This document shows, one piece after another, positions 1-9,553 of a stretch of DNA of 46,488 bases (position 1 is its first letter; each line of letters begins with the position of its first letter). The stretch spans positions 1 through 46,488 of IMG/VR virus record IMGVR_UViG_3300032373_000024. The stretch is one strand, 5' to 3'. The position numbers and the translations under genes were made by a program. A model generated the notes under the pieces. The model was not told where the DNA came from. It saw nothing but the letters and a program-made list of their open reading frames with translations, and ran no database searches. The DNA comes from a virus. Lineage: Duplodnaviria; Caudoviricetes.

Positions 1-127
1 TGCTGAAGTTGTTGTCGAACTAGCCACCCCAACTGCATAAAGAAATCCACCAGCAGTACACCTTAGCGATGTAGAAGTGGAGTTAAGTGCCGAACCGTTG
101 CTAAACGACACTTCAGACGCGCTTTCT
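1..127. repeat. 127-bp terminal direct repeat (identical to 46362-46488); circular-assembly overlap
   Basis: Exact match of window start and end; it lies inside an uninterrupted ORF, and 127 is a common assembler k-mer size. Confidence 0.95.
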
Positions 128-1506
128 ACCTCAATCGCCTTGTCACCAGCACCATCAAAGTTGGCATCATCAGCATTAACCTTAGACCGTCTAACAATCA
201 TTCCGCTAGAACCTGAACCTTGCGCGCTACCACCTCTAAATTCTAAATTTGAAGCTCTAGAAACATATACCGCCGATTCCTCGGAAGTTTTACAGCAGTC
301 GTCATATATACCGCTCCTAGCATTAACTCTTGAAGCTTGCTGCATCCTTAACCCTGAGCCGTTAGCGCCTGAAAAAATGGAAAGATATAAGTTAGCGTTG
401 CCATGTACCTCTGCGCCCCTATATCCAGCGTTAACAACACCGGAAAGCACACTAACAACTCCATCACTTTCTAGCATTTGCCAACCAGTGCCATGGAGGT
501 TATTCATATCAATTCGACAGTCCAGCCACGGAAACCGACAGTTAAAACCCATAAACAACGGTTTAAGTGTTTCAGTGCCGATTATTCCCGTTGGAACGGT
601 TGATGTGTCTACACCAACAAATCCAGCATCAAGTTTAACTGAGTAATATACTCTTACGTCATCGTTAAGTGTAGCGCCTGAATTTAATGTTATTGACGTT
701 GTGCTAGTTTCTGTAAATGCGTTACTTGGCGAGCCGTTTATAACTGTATAAACTTCATAGTTTCCAAGCGCATAAGCTTTGGCCAAGTTAAAAACAGTTT
801 GCCCGGCTGTTGCTACAAACGCTTCATAGTCAGCCGATGTTATTTTAAAATGGCTATAACTTCCACCGAATACACCTATTCCTCCTGTTAGCAAGTGTCC
901 AGACTCGATCTGCAACTCTATAACAAAATCATCTGAGCATGTCGCGCCCTGGTAAAAATCAACGGCTGATTGTAGTGTTGCAAAGTCTGTCGGTATTCTT
1001 ACAAGTATATTTTCTTTAAATACAGATGTTGGGGGCAGTTGAGATAGTGATCTAGTTGCATCACCTGTGACTATGTTTAATTCGTTTTCGGTTACTGTTG
1101 TAGCGTCTACTATTTCGACTCTACCACCACCGCCGTTTCCATAGGTTCTCTCTACAAAATCAACAAATTCACCAATTTTATAATGAATTATTCTAGTGGC
1201 TGATGTTATGTCTGACATTTGAGCTACTTTCAGCCTGCTTCCGTCATCAATTAAAACATTTTCAGTTCTTGTGCCACTTTCAATTATGTAATATCCAGGC
1301 AATATCCAAAACTCTAAAACCCCAGAAGTTGGATCAGTTGCAGCCCCAGGTTGTGCTATTGGAGTTACCCCCTCATCACTGTAAATTGTCGCGTAAGTGA
1401 CCCCATCGTGCGCGTTAAACACTTCGACAGATTGAGAGCCAATCACATTTATCCCCGTTGGATCTGTATCTTTTAACGCTGTGAATGAATAATTAACAAA
1501 ACCCAT
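1..1506 (-). CDS. Tail fibre/tailspike, N-terminal 502 codons (continues across the join into 46361-45891; 658 aa total)
   Basis: Missed by the ORF track. ATG at 1506 overlaps the upstream stop (TAATG). Manually translated open frame MGFVNYSFTALKDTDPTG...IPTDFATLQSAVD..., with G/S/A/N-rich beta-helix-like repeats; last gene of the tail operon. Confidence 0.85.
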   Translation of the reverse strand, partial: MGFVNYSFTALKDTDPTGINVIGSQSVEVFNAHDGVTYATIYSDEGVTPIAQPGAATDPTSGVLEFWILPGYYIIESGTRTENVLIDDGSRLKVAQMSDITSATRIIHYKIGEFVDFVERTYGNGGGGRVEIVDATTVTENELNIVTGDATRSLSQLPPTSVFKENILVRIPTDFATLQSAVDFYQGATCSDDFVIELQIESGHLLTGGIGVFGGSYSHFKITSADYEAFVATAGQTVFNLAKAYALGNYEVYTVINGSPSNAFTETSTTSITLNSGATLNDDVRVYYSVKLDAGFVGVDTSTVPTGIIGTETLKPLFMGFNCRFPWLDCRIDMNNLHGTGWQMLESDGVVSVLSGVVNAGYRGAEVHGNANLYLSIFSGANGSGLRMQQASRVNARSGIYDDCCKTSEESAVYVSRASNLEFRGGSAQGSGSSGMIVRRSKVNADDANFDGAGDKAIEVESASEVSFSNGSALNSTSTSLRCTAGGFLYAVGVASSTTTSA

Positions 1507-3809
1507 TAGACTACTGCTCCTAAAATTTGTAAGCTGTTATTGCCAGCCGTTATTGTAACAGTGTTACCGTTAGTTTTTATTGCCAATCCTGATGACCCAC
1601 CGCCAACTCCATCTCCATCAACTCCAAATGTGCCGCCATTTGATCCTGGCGCGCCTATCGATCCATTTTCACCTGTGACACCATCAACACCACCACCAGC
1701 GCCAGTGGCTAAGCCACCCACGCCTCCACCGCCGCCGACTAGTCCTTGACCTCCACCGCCGCCGTCTCCACCATTGCCAAAATAAACAGGGCCTGGTTCT
1801 TCTATACACTCTCCAAGCATACCTTCACCACCACCGCCGCCAGCATAGATAATTCCAAATCCGTTATCTATTATTGCATCAGTGGTTAAATTGATCGCAT
1901 CCCCACCAGATAAACCAGACCCTACGCCTGCGACAGCACAAGAAACCGTATCTGGCCCCGCATCTCCACCCGTTCCACCAGCACCACCCGCTCCGTATAT
2001 TTGACCCAAAATGACCAGTTTTAATGTTGCCCCTGCATTGGTAAATGCGCCTTGACTAAATCCGAAATTTGCCGTTGTGGATGATCCAAGCTGTACGCCA
2101 GCATTAATTACAACAACATATTCTCTTGCCTCTGTTGTGTCTGTTAGTTCGTCCGTTAATAGATAATCAGTTTTATCGGTTGTGATATATAAATCTGCAT
2201 TTGGTGGAGTGGATGCGATATAAGAAAGCCCAGTAACATTGTATTGACCATCTTTTGATGATGATTTCATAGATACGCATTGGCAAGTCGTTGTAACGTT
2301 ATTTAGTCCTCCGTCTTTTATTCTCGAAGTGTTAATAGTGAATATTGATCCTAGCCCCATGAAGCCACCAGCCACGTTGCCTATATACCGTTGGTCTAAA
2401 TCAAAACTAATTCTTTTAGGAGGTTGAGAAAATCGGTTTATTTGCCTTTGAGCAAACCCAGTGCCAATTTGATTATCTTCAACCGAGTTTCCTAGCCAAT
2501 CAGATACTAAAGGCTTTGGCTCTGATATGTTATCAATATCTGCTGGTGCTTCAACTATTCCGTCAATCGCTGTGAATCTTTTTCGATAGTTTTTCTTTTC
2601 TTTGCTTTCGGTTGCATCGAATTTATCCCACCAGATCGCTTGTCTAGTAACTTGTTTTTTGTAGTCATCAACAACTTTTACAGAGCCTTGCAATAAGTGC
2701 TCTCCCTCGACTAAATCAATCACTGGATTAGCAAAATCTGGAACGGCGATCAATTTAATCTCGTTGTTTATTACATCAACGTAAGACGATAACCCGGCTA
2801 TTTGTATTAATTCATTAAGTAGTTTTTTGACATCTTCCGGCTTAAATAAGTATCTAGTTAAATTGTAAGAGGATAAATCGCCAGCCTTTAACGTAGCCCA
2901 ATCAGCCGTTGGAATAAAAGAGGCTGGTATTCGAGTATGATCGGTTATCAATGTTGTGATTATATCGATTATGTTAACATTATCGAAAACTAAGCATTTT
3001 TGAATTGTTTCTAATGCGCTGTGAGCTTTTGCAGTAGTCCCTGCTTGCGCTCTGACAATGGTCATAGTGGTTGTGGTAGCGACCGTGTAGCTCATTATTT
3101 CTTTTTCTATAGCAATATGTCCAGTAGCAGATACAGCCCCGTATTCCTCGGCTACTGGTGTTGTAAATGATAATGTAGTGGCTACATCGGTTATTCCAGC
3201 AGAAAGCTCACCTTCGCTAACGGTTGGCGCTTTGGCTTTAACTTCTTCAGTCAATATAAGCTCGTCGATCATTTTGACAGACCATGATCCTTGCTCGCTT
3301 GGATAACTGATTGAGTCAATAACGTATGATTCTATTGTGCAATTAGCTTCAGAATAAGCATCTGGATTGAATCCTCGAATAACTCTTGCTCGTCTGTTTT
3401 TATAATGATTTCTTGCTAATAACTTTAATACGTGGCTTCCTTCTACTCTTCGATCAGCATAAGCGGATGTTAACTCGAATGTATCATTACTAATAAAGTC
3501 TTTTAATGTTGCGCTTGCTGTTGCTCTCATACCCATGGATTTACCTGGGTCAATCTTAGGCTCTGTGGTCGACACTTTTTCCAAAAAGGGAAAGTGATCT
3601 ACCCCGAAAATTTGCTGGTCAGCATAACGGTAAGTCCTAAAATCTACTCCGGTATAAGCGGTTATATCATCGGTAGTCTTAGGCGTTCCGTAGCTGTCCG
3701 GTTGCATTGCGTAAGTCGCATCATTAGCAGGATCGTTAATGTCTAGAATAATTTCCAATATCGTAAAAGCTTTGCGCTGGTTCGTTGCCTTTATTAGATC
3801 AAAACTCAT
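1506..3809 (-). CDS. Tail tip / baseplate hub-like protein with Gly-rich C-terminal domain
   Basis: 767 aa, second gene after the tape measure; C-terminal GGGGG-rich segment typical of tail-tip proteins. Confidence 0.7.
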   Translation of the reverse strand: MSFDLIKATNQRKAFTILEIILDINDPANDATYAMQPDSYGTPKTTDDITAYTGVDFRTYRYADQQIFGVDHFPFLEKVSTTEPKIDPGKSMGMRATASATLKDFISNDTFELTSAYADRRVEGSHVLKLLARNHYKNRRARVIRGFNPDAYSEANCTIESYVIDSISYPSEQGSWSVKMIDELILTEEVKAKAPTVSEGELSAGITDVATTLSFTTPVAEEYGAVSATGHIAIEKEIMSYTVATTTTMTIVRAQAGTTAKAHSALETIQKCLVFDNVNIIDIITTLITDHTRIPASFIPTADWATLKAGDLSSYNLTRYLFKPEDVKKLLNELIQIAGLSSYVDVINNEIKLIAVPDFANPVIDLVEGEHLLQGSVKVVDDYKKQVTRQAIWWDKFDATESKEKKNYRKRFTAIDGIVEAPADIDNISEPKPLVSDWLGNSVEDNQIGTGFAQRQINRFSQPPKRISFDLDQRYIGNVAGGFMGLGSIFTINTSRIKDGGLNNVTTTCQCVSMKSSSKDGQYNVTGLSYIASTPPNADLYITTDKTDYLLTDELTDTTEAREYVVVINAGVQLGSSTTANFGFSQGAFTNAGATLKLVILGQIYGAGGAGGTGGDAGPDTVSCAVAGVGSGLSGGDAINLTTDAIIDNGFGIIYAGGGGGEGMLGECIEEPGPVYFGNGGDGGGGGQGLVGGGGGVGGLATGAGGGVDGVTGENGSIGAPGSNGGTFGVDGDGVGGGSSGLAIKTNGNTVTITAGNNSLQILGAVV

Positions 3810-4570
3810 GCAACACCGTTTATCGTTAGACTAATCGAACTTAATAGCGAGCTTGTAAAAGTCGGTTTTGATGCTGTCCACGTCCCAAAAACTGCTTGTG
3901 TAGTGTTTGATTTGTCCCATAAGAAAAAAACAGGAATTCCCCGTGACGCATTCATAAAGTTTTTATAATCGGCTTCCATAAATGATGTGGGTACGTGATT
4001 AATTGTAAATGATTCGGTTGTCCCTCGCGCTCTAACAATTGAACCAGCGAATTGATTGGTCTCAGTTCTTCCAGTGGTTACTATGTCGTTACTTGTCCAT
4101 CTACCAGGCTGATATCCAACTGAAACATTTTTAGGAAATTGCATACTTTCACCAAAATATATTTCACCAACTTCAAGTGATGTGTTAGTACAAGTAAACT
4201 CAACTTTTAAGACTGTGTATGTTGCTTTAGTAAATACGAAAAAAACAGGTTGGTTATCTGACATTCCGCTAGCAGAAGCTAAAGTATTTCCGCCTGAATC
4301 TTTCACCGTAACCGTGCAAGCCGTTGAGCCAAAGTTTGCGCCTGAAATTGCTAAATAATCTGTATCTGTGAATGACCCATCGAATTGCACCCATGATGCA
4401 GAGTTTGCAGGCTTCCATCCCAATGTAGTCATACCATCGTGGACGCGATTAACATTAGCACTGTCATGGCTTGCTGTTACCGCCGCAGTGCTTGATAAGG
4501 TCGCATAAGCCAACCGAGGCTCTTTATCTACCGCCGCCGCTTCACCTGTTACTACAAATACTTGACTCAT
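3806..4570 (-). CDS. Distal tail (Dit-like) minor tail protein
   Basis: 254 aa, directly after the tape measure, beta-rich, ATGA-coupled. Confidence 0.6.
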   Translation of the reverse strand: MSQVFVVTGEAAAVDKEPRLAYATLSSTAAVTASHDSANVNRVHDGMTTLGWKPANSASWVQFDGSFTDTDYLAISGANFGSTACTVTVKDSGGNTLASASGMSDNQPVFFVFTKATYTVLKVEFTCTNTSLEVGEIYFGESMQFPKNVSVGYQPGRWTSNDIVTTGRTETNQFAGSIVRARGTTESFTINHVPTSFMEADYKNFMNASRGIPVFFLWDKSNTTQAVFGTWTASKPTFTSSLLSSISLTINGVA

Positions 4571-6834
4571 CCGCCCAACCTTTCATTCAATTCTATTGAT
4601 GCCATTATTCTTTGAGTGTATTCCGCAGGTAATGGCTCGTCTGGGTCTCTTTCTCTTATTGCTTCGGCTATCCCTTCAAGACCTCTAAATTCGATCACTT
4701 CCCTCGATTGTATAGGCTCTTGACGTTGTGGCTGTGACTCTTGTGCTCCTGCAAAGCTGATATTTCCACCTCCGCCACTTCCGCCGCCACCTCCTCCGCT
4801 GGTGATGCTTTTTATTAATCCGCCTGTTTTAATTAAGCTAGCGGTGGTATATGCAGCAGCAACTAAGGGAGCGTAAGGGCCACCAGTTGACATACCAGAA
4901 GCCCATGCAGCGACCGCCGCCTCCTTGCCTTTGATTACAGCGCTAGTTACCGCTAATGCTTTTTGTGCTTTGCTTGCTTTTTTACCAAAATTAGATAGCC
5001 CACTAATCGCATCACTAAAGGCTTGATCTCTGAATTGTTTTTTTAATTCCTCATGGTATCTTGTTATTTCAGCACTTTCTATCGCTGCCTCTCTTTCTAT
5101 ATTTAGCCTTTCTTCCTCAAGAATTCTTTTGTTTTCTATTTCAATAAGATCAAATTCTTTTAAAGTCTGTATCTTTTCAAATCTTCTAGCAAATGCAGCA
5201 TTATTAGCATCTATTTGCAGTTGTTCGAAGTCTTGATCTGGCGTTGTTCCGGTTGTTGTTGCTGATTCTCCTTCGCCTTCGTCAATCAATGATACTGATG
5301 TGGTTAGCAGCTCCTTTTGCTTGAACAATTCTGCTAGCTCTTTCCGTAAAGCTCTAGCCTCATTGGTTATTTTTGATACTCCTAACCCTCTGCCGCTTAC
5401 ATTTTTTAATGCTTCCTCGGCTTTCCTGTCTAGGATTATTATATTTTTAGTCATCTCTAAAATGTCACCATTTAGATCGGATAACTCTTTTTCTCTTAAT
5501 TCCTTTTGAGTTTTTCCCAAATTCATTAAAGCTGTTCTTTGTGCGTTAACCTGCTCTGTTAATTGCTTAGTTCTCTTTTCAGCCTCAGTTTCAGCTTTAG
5601 AATAAGACAGTATAGCTACTGTCGCTAGGACGGCAACACCTACAGGCCCACCTAATAACGCAAGTCCACCCCTTAACGCGCCAGATGCTCTACCTGCTAT
5701 TGTTGCGCTTGCTGCATAGGCTTTGTTTGCTGCTGTGGCTCTTAGTGTTGATGCGGCTAAAGTGTTGTTTGCCACGGTCAATCTATCTCTAGCTATTTTA
5801 GATTTTACAATTCCACCGGATGCGTTAAACGTAGATGCTGCAAGTGCCTGCTCTGCTTTTGCCGCAGTTAAAGCGGATGCGGCGTTTGCGTGTTCTGTTC
5901 TTACTAATGCTATACTTGCCGATGTAGATGATATTTTTGCCGCCGTTGCAGCTACAAGCCCACTTAGTAATCTAGCACCATAAATGCTTGCTGTTGTTGC
6001 CGCTGCAATTACCAATAAGTCTAAGTTTTCAGAAAGAGCCACAACCGCATCACCGGCGAACGTCATAGTCCTGGATATATCTTCATTGGTGCCAACAAAT
6101 TTAATCGCATTGTTTCTAGCTAAAGTTAGGCTGCTAGCAAGTGTAACAGTTGCTTTTGCAAATCTTTTATCAATAATGTCAGCGCCTTTCAAAGCTGCTT
6201 CAAAAAATTCTTTGGATGTGACCGTACCCTTTCTAACTTCTTCTCTAAGCTTATTTACCGAACCTTTAAATCTATCAGACCCTTTTGAAACGGCTTCAAG
6301 AAGTGGTCTTGCACCATCGATTAATGAGTTGAATTCCTGAGCTTGTATGACCGAGCCGCCAATTGCTTGCCTTAGCTGCAATAATGACCCAGCCGCTTCT
6401 GCCGTGCTTGATCCTTGTACGGTGATGGCTTTAGATGCCAACTCGGTAAACTTTGCTATATCGTTCTGAGATGCGCCTAGATCTGTTGAAGCGGCTGAAA
6501 TTCCTCCATATAGCTTTGCTACTTGCTCAAGTGGTGATCTTGCTTCTTGAGCTATTCTAACTACGTCTGACTGCGCTTTGAATAGGCTTTGAGTTGATGT
6601 TATAGAAGTTGCTAAGGAATTATTTACGCCTTTCCATGCGTCAGAATAAGCGGCTATTTGACCTATCTGTAAGGCGGCTGCAACAGCGATCACAGTGCCT
6701 TTAAGTTTACCAAATGATTTATCTGTGTTGTCTGCCGATTCACCAAGACCTTTCATCTTGCGATCTAAACTTCCAACTCGGCTTTCAGCTTTCCGGCTAT
6801 CGATTTTAATTCTTATTGTCTTTTCGATAGCCAT
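4567..6834 (-). CDS. Tape measure protein (~755 aa; probable start 6834)
   Basis: Ala-rich helical protein with tape-measure N-terminal motif (LLQLRQAIGGSVIQAQEFNSLIDGA); ATG at 6834 overlaps the upstream stop (TAATG). Confidence 0.92.
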   Translation of the reverse strand: MAIEKTIRIKIDSRKAESRVGSLDRKMKGLGESADNTDKSFGKLKGTVIAVAAALQIGQIAAYSDAWKGVNNSLATSITSTQSLFKAQSDVVRIAQEARSPLEQVAKLYGGISAASTDLGASQNDIAKFTELASKAITVQGSSTAEAAGSLLQLRQAIGGSVIQAQEFNSLIDGARPLLEAVSKGSDRFKGSVNKLREEVRKGTVTSKEFFEAALKGADIIDKRFAKATVTLASSLTLARNNAIKFVGTNEDISRTMTFAGDAVVALSENLDLLVIAAATTASIYGARLLSGLVAATAAKISSTSASIALVRTEHANAASALTAAKAEQALAASTFNASGGIVKSKIARDRLTVANNTLAASTLRATAANKAYAASATIAGRASGALRGGLALLGGPVGVAVLATVAILSYSKAETEAEKRTKQLTEQVNAQRTALMNLGKTQKELREKELSDLNGDILEMTKNIIILDRKAEEALKNVSGRGLGVSKITNEARALRKELAELFKQKELLTTSVSLIDEGEGESATTTGTTPDQDFEQLQIDANNAAFARRFEKIQTLKEFDLIEIENKRILEEERLNIEREAAIESAEITRYHEELKKQFRDQAFSDAISGLSNFGKKASKAQKALAVTSAVIKGKEAAVAAWASGMSTGGPYAPLVAAAYTTASLIKTGGLIKSITSGGGGGGSGGGGNISFAGAQESQPQRQEPIQSREVIEFRGLEGIAEAIRERDPDEPLPAEYTQRIMASIELNERLGG

Positions 6835-7133
6835 TATTTTTTCATTCGCCTTTTCATTTTTTCTGATTCTTTTCCAAGCCAATAAGAATCAACGTTTTCA
6901 ACAATTTCAAGACATTTGTCTATATTTGCTATCCCTTCAATCTCGTCAAGTATATCATTTTTTTGTAATGGTCGGTATTCTACCCTTCGCCTGTTGAGTT
7001 TTGAGAATGCGGAAAATATAACCCTGCTTCTATCGTTTAGTTTTGGGCTTTCTTTTTCGTAGTCCATCCCTAGCGCTTTACACTGTATGCGAGCAGTACG
7101 ATCATCCTTAAACTCGTCGTACCACTCTAGGGC
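6834..7133 (-). CDS. Tail assembly chaperone frameshift extension (gpT-like)
   Basis: The -1 frame is open from the slippery site at 7133 through ORF 6834..7067. Confidence 0.8.
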   Translation of the reverse strand, partial: ALEWYDEFKDDRTARIQCKALGMDYEKESPKLNDRSRVIFSAFSKLNRRRVEYRPLQKNDILDEIEGIANIDKCLEIVENVDSYWLGKESEKMKRRMKK

Positions 7134-7537
7134 TTTTTTATTTCTTCTCCGTCTTTATACGCCTCATCTGATAAGTAGTTTTCGTAGTTTGCGGCGTGTG
7201 TTATCAGTACAGTATTCAGGCTCATCCAGTACGACTCATTTAGAAATAGCTGTCTGGAAAATGCAGGTGTAAATTCCATTTCTTCGCCGTTCTCATCATC
7301 GGTGACGTTTTCCCAGTTCACTACGCCATAGTAAGCAAGCCAGTTCGCTATGATTTCATGCTCGTTCACTTCGGACGGCTTGGGGAATATACCGTAAAGT
7401 TTTTCCCTGATTTCTGCCATTTCGCCAATAGCTTTTTTAGTCCCGCACCTGGCAACATAAAAAGTCATCTGTGCAACATAACAAGGCGATCCGATTTCCT
7501 GCTTTTCTAAATCTTCACGGTATAGATCTAGGCTCAT
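7127..7537 (-). CDS. Tail assembly chaperone (gpG-like)
   Basis: 136 aa upstream of the tape measure; ends ATA AAA AAG CCC TAG. Confidence 0.82.
   Translation of the reverse strand: MSLDLYREDLEKQEIGSPCYVAQMTFYVARCGTKKAIGEMAEIREKLYGIFPKPSEVNEHEIIANWLAYYGVVNWENVTDDENGEEMEFTPAFSRQLFLNESYWMSLNTVLITHAANYENYLSDEAYKDGEEIKKP
7133..7139 (-). promoter_or_regulatory. -1 ribosomal frameshift slippery heptamer A AAA AAG
   Basis: X XXY YYZ heptamer just before the stop; the -1 frame joins the downstream ORF, as in lambda G/GT. Confidence 0.85.
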
Positions 7538-8157
7538 TAGTTGATTACCCAGTTGTTCAATGAGTTAAAAACTATAAGGTTTATCAATCCGTCTTTAAAA
7601 TATTTCAAACTAACCTCTTTAATGTGGCTTGATTTAGCCGTCAAATACGCTTTACCAGCTTCCTCGGGTGAATCGAATCGACCAATATTGCACTCTTTGT
7701 TATTTTTCTTTAATCTAGCTTTATAGTTGGCGTTTCTCTTACAAAAAGATACACCAACTGGAAGATCGTTTACTCTTGGCATTAAAATTAAATTGTTTAT
7801 TTCGGTCGGAACGAATGAGCAAAACTTCTCACAGTATTCCTTGTTACCTTTCTTTATTATATCTTTATCAAGACTCATGCCCTGCCAATTTTGTTTTTCC
7901 ATCCAAAGTTTAAATGCTGAAAAAACCAACCATTCTTTGCACGTAAAGCACCCTTTATATGACGGGCTTTTTGCTTGATACTTTCTTCCGTAACACCTTT
8001 TAAGCATATCAACCCACCTTAAATAATAAGGGCAAGCATATTTTACCTTTCCGTCTACTCTAAACTTGACTTTATATGGTGCATCGTTAATCCCGACACC
8101 ATAAACTGGCTTTCTTCTATTTATTGAGTGGCAATTTGCCTTTATTTCTTCAAACAT
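7537..8157 (-). CDS. HNH-type homing endonuclease with AP2-like C-terminal domain
   Basis: W..M..RC, Y.GC..C.EW..FS.F..W, LDKD...GNK.Y....C.FVP..IN motifs, plus LPVGVSF...IGRF.SPEEA..AY; inserted between tail tube and chaperone. Confidence 0.8.
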   Translation of the reverse strand: MFEEIKANCHSINRRKPVYGVGINDAPYKVKFRVDGKVKYACPYYLRWVDMLKRCYGRKYQAKSPSYKGCFTCKEWLVFSAFKLWMEKQNWQGMSLDKDIIKKGNKEYCEKFCSFVPTEINNLILMPRVNDLPVGVSFCKRNANYKARLKKNNKECNIGRFDSPEEAGKAYLTAKSSHIKEVSLKYFKDGLINLIVFNSLNNWVIN

Positions 8158-8164
8158 ATAAATA

Positions 8165-8254
8165 CCTCGTTAGTATCTTCGTGAATTAATTATTGCGCCA
8201 ACCTGCACGATTCAGGCTTTCGGTAATGAGCCTAGACGCAACATCTACATTATA
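8165..8254 (-). promoter_or_regulatory. Putative promoter (-10 TATAAT, 8249-8254) and structured 5' leader of the HNH gene
   Basis: Stem TTGCGTC/GGCGCAA enclosing inner hairpins; SD-like ACGAGG at 8165-8170. Confidence 0.45.
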
Positions 8255-9419
8255 CCCAATTACGGTATATTACGCATGTATATCCTCTGCCATCCTCTTC
8301 TGCACTGTAAGACATCTCAGCATTAGCCACCGCGTTTGACCCGTCAGCTATTTCATGTTCAGTAATGACCGCTTGTGGTATTTCAACAATAGTATAATCA
8401 CCGCCACCGTGATCCATCTCAATAGCTATTGCCACGTTAGTTCCTACGTTGTATCTGTCACGCCATACTAGCGGGGCATCAATTGGAAGCCTTGCAGCCA
8501 GTGCGCCTGATAGAGTCATATCCCCATTTGCGAATTGTTCACCATCGCAACCAGCCGCGCGATCAGATTGAAGATTATTTGAAAACTCGAATCCTGCTGA
8601 TTTAGCAGTACAATTTGAGTCTACGCCATCAATCCAAATTCTGACTACGTTATTAATATTCGATAGTATTTCACTAGCGTCTAAAGTGTTATCGGTTTGA
8701 CCAGATATCAAAGCAGTGCCAGCCGTTAAAGACTCAGCCATCATCGCGAATGAGCCGGTCATAACTCCGGTCTCGCCGACCTCGAAAGATGAAGTATTAA
8801 ATTGACCATCGAAGAAGGTTTGATAATCGATTGAACCTGCTTTGGATGTGTCAACGGTGCGCGTCTGGATAGCATAGTAAGGGATGGTTGATCCAGAAGT
8901 TGATCTGTTTGATGCAACTGTAACAGTTGCCCCAGCCGCCTCGACAGCCGCCGGTGCGGGCGATGTTTCAATGTCTTGATTGCTGTTATAAGTGGTGATC
9001 TTATAGTTTCTGTTCAATGTTGCATCTGCAAAACCGCTGACAAAAATATAATCACCTACTGCCATGCCTGTGAAGGGCGTGCCAACTGCATCGACAAAGC
9101 CGTTAGCATCTGCACCGATGGTTGATAGCGTTGCGGTACTCGTTACTTCTACCGCTTGTATCGCGTCAATCATATAACCAAACGTTTGCTTTGATACTTC
9201 AAAACTTAATTCGGCGGCATAGCTTTTTGAGTCTTCGACATTAGAGCGAGCTTGTCGGTTAGATTTGACCTCTGTTGATTGCACATAAGATGTATTTTCG
9301 CGCGCCTTGCCTTCCGTTCTTCTGAATTGATCAAAGGCTGGCGTAGCATCAATAGCCCCCTTTGCGGTCTGTTTCGATAGGTGTACTGAAAAGTCGTTAC
9401 CTGATAATAAACGTGCCAT
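8250..9419 (-). CDS. Major tail tube protein with central inserted beta domain
   Basis: 389 aa between tail terminator and chaperones; SxEVxSNRQ and FSNNL motifs. Confidence 0.85.
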   Translation of the reverse strand: MARLLSGNDFSVHLSKQTAKGAIDATPAFDQFRRTEGKARENTSYVQSTEVKSNRQARSNVEDSKSYAAELSFEVSKQTFGYMIDAIQAVEVTSTATLSTIGADANGFVDAVGTPFTGMAVGDYIFVSGFADATLNRNYKITTYNSNQDIETSPAPAAVEAAGATVTVASNRSTSGSTIPYYAIQTRTVDTSKAGSIDYQTFFDGQFNTSSFEVGETGVMTGSFAMMAESLTAGTALISGQTDNTLDASEILSNINNVVRIWIDGVDSNCTAKSAGFEFSNNLQSDRAAGCDGEQFANGDMTLSGALAARLPIDAPLVWRDRYNVGTNVAIAIEMDHGGGDYTIVEIPQAVITEHEIADGSNAVANAEMSYSAEEDGRGYTCVIYRNWV

Positions 9420-9421
9420 TT

Positions 9422-9553
9422 TTAAGACTCCTGGTTAGATTTAGATTTCTTTGGCTTCTTTACAGAGTAACCAACTTTTTCAAACTGTTTTCTATTCTCA
9501 ATCGGAATAGTAACGCTGACTTTGTTTTGATACATTTTAATTAATTCACTCAC
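9422..9553 (-). CDS. Small basic protein (43 aa)
   Basis: Manual translation MSELIKMYQNKVSVTIPIENRKQFEKVGYSVKKPKKSKSNQES; fills the gap between genes. Confidence 0.55.
   Translation of the reverse strand: MSELIKMYQNKVSVTIPIENRKQFEKVGYSVKKPKKSKSNQES

Noticed and set aside
1-127. Terminal repeat as a biological direct terminal repeat
   Set aside because: It lies mid-gene and equals a common assembly k-mer length, so a circularisation overlap is more likely.
77-646. 189-aa plus-strand ORF, and other plus-strand ORFs such as 1540-1749, 5723-6340, 11607-11963, 20842-21249 and 34104-34580
   Set aside because: They are antisense shadows of well-supported minus-strand genes, with no recognisable motifs.
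1540-2000. ccacc/ccgcc-rich repeats as a DNA repeat element or collagen
   Set aside because: They simply encode the Gly-rich C-terminus of the tail-tip protein; there is no sustained Gly-X-Y register.
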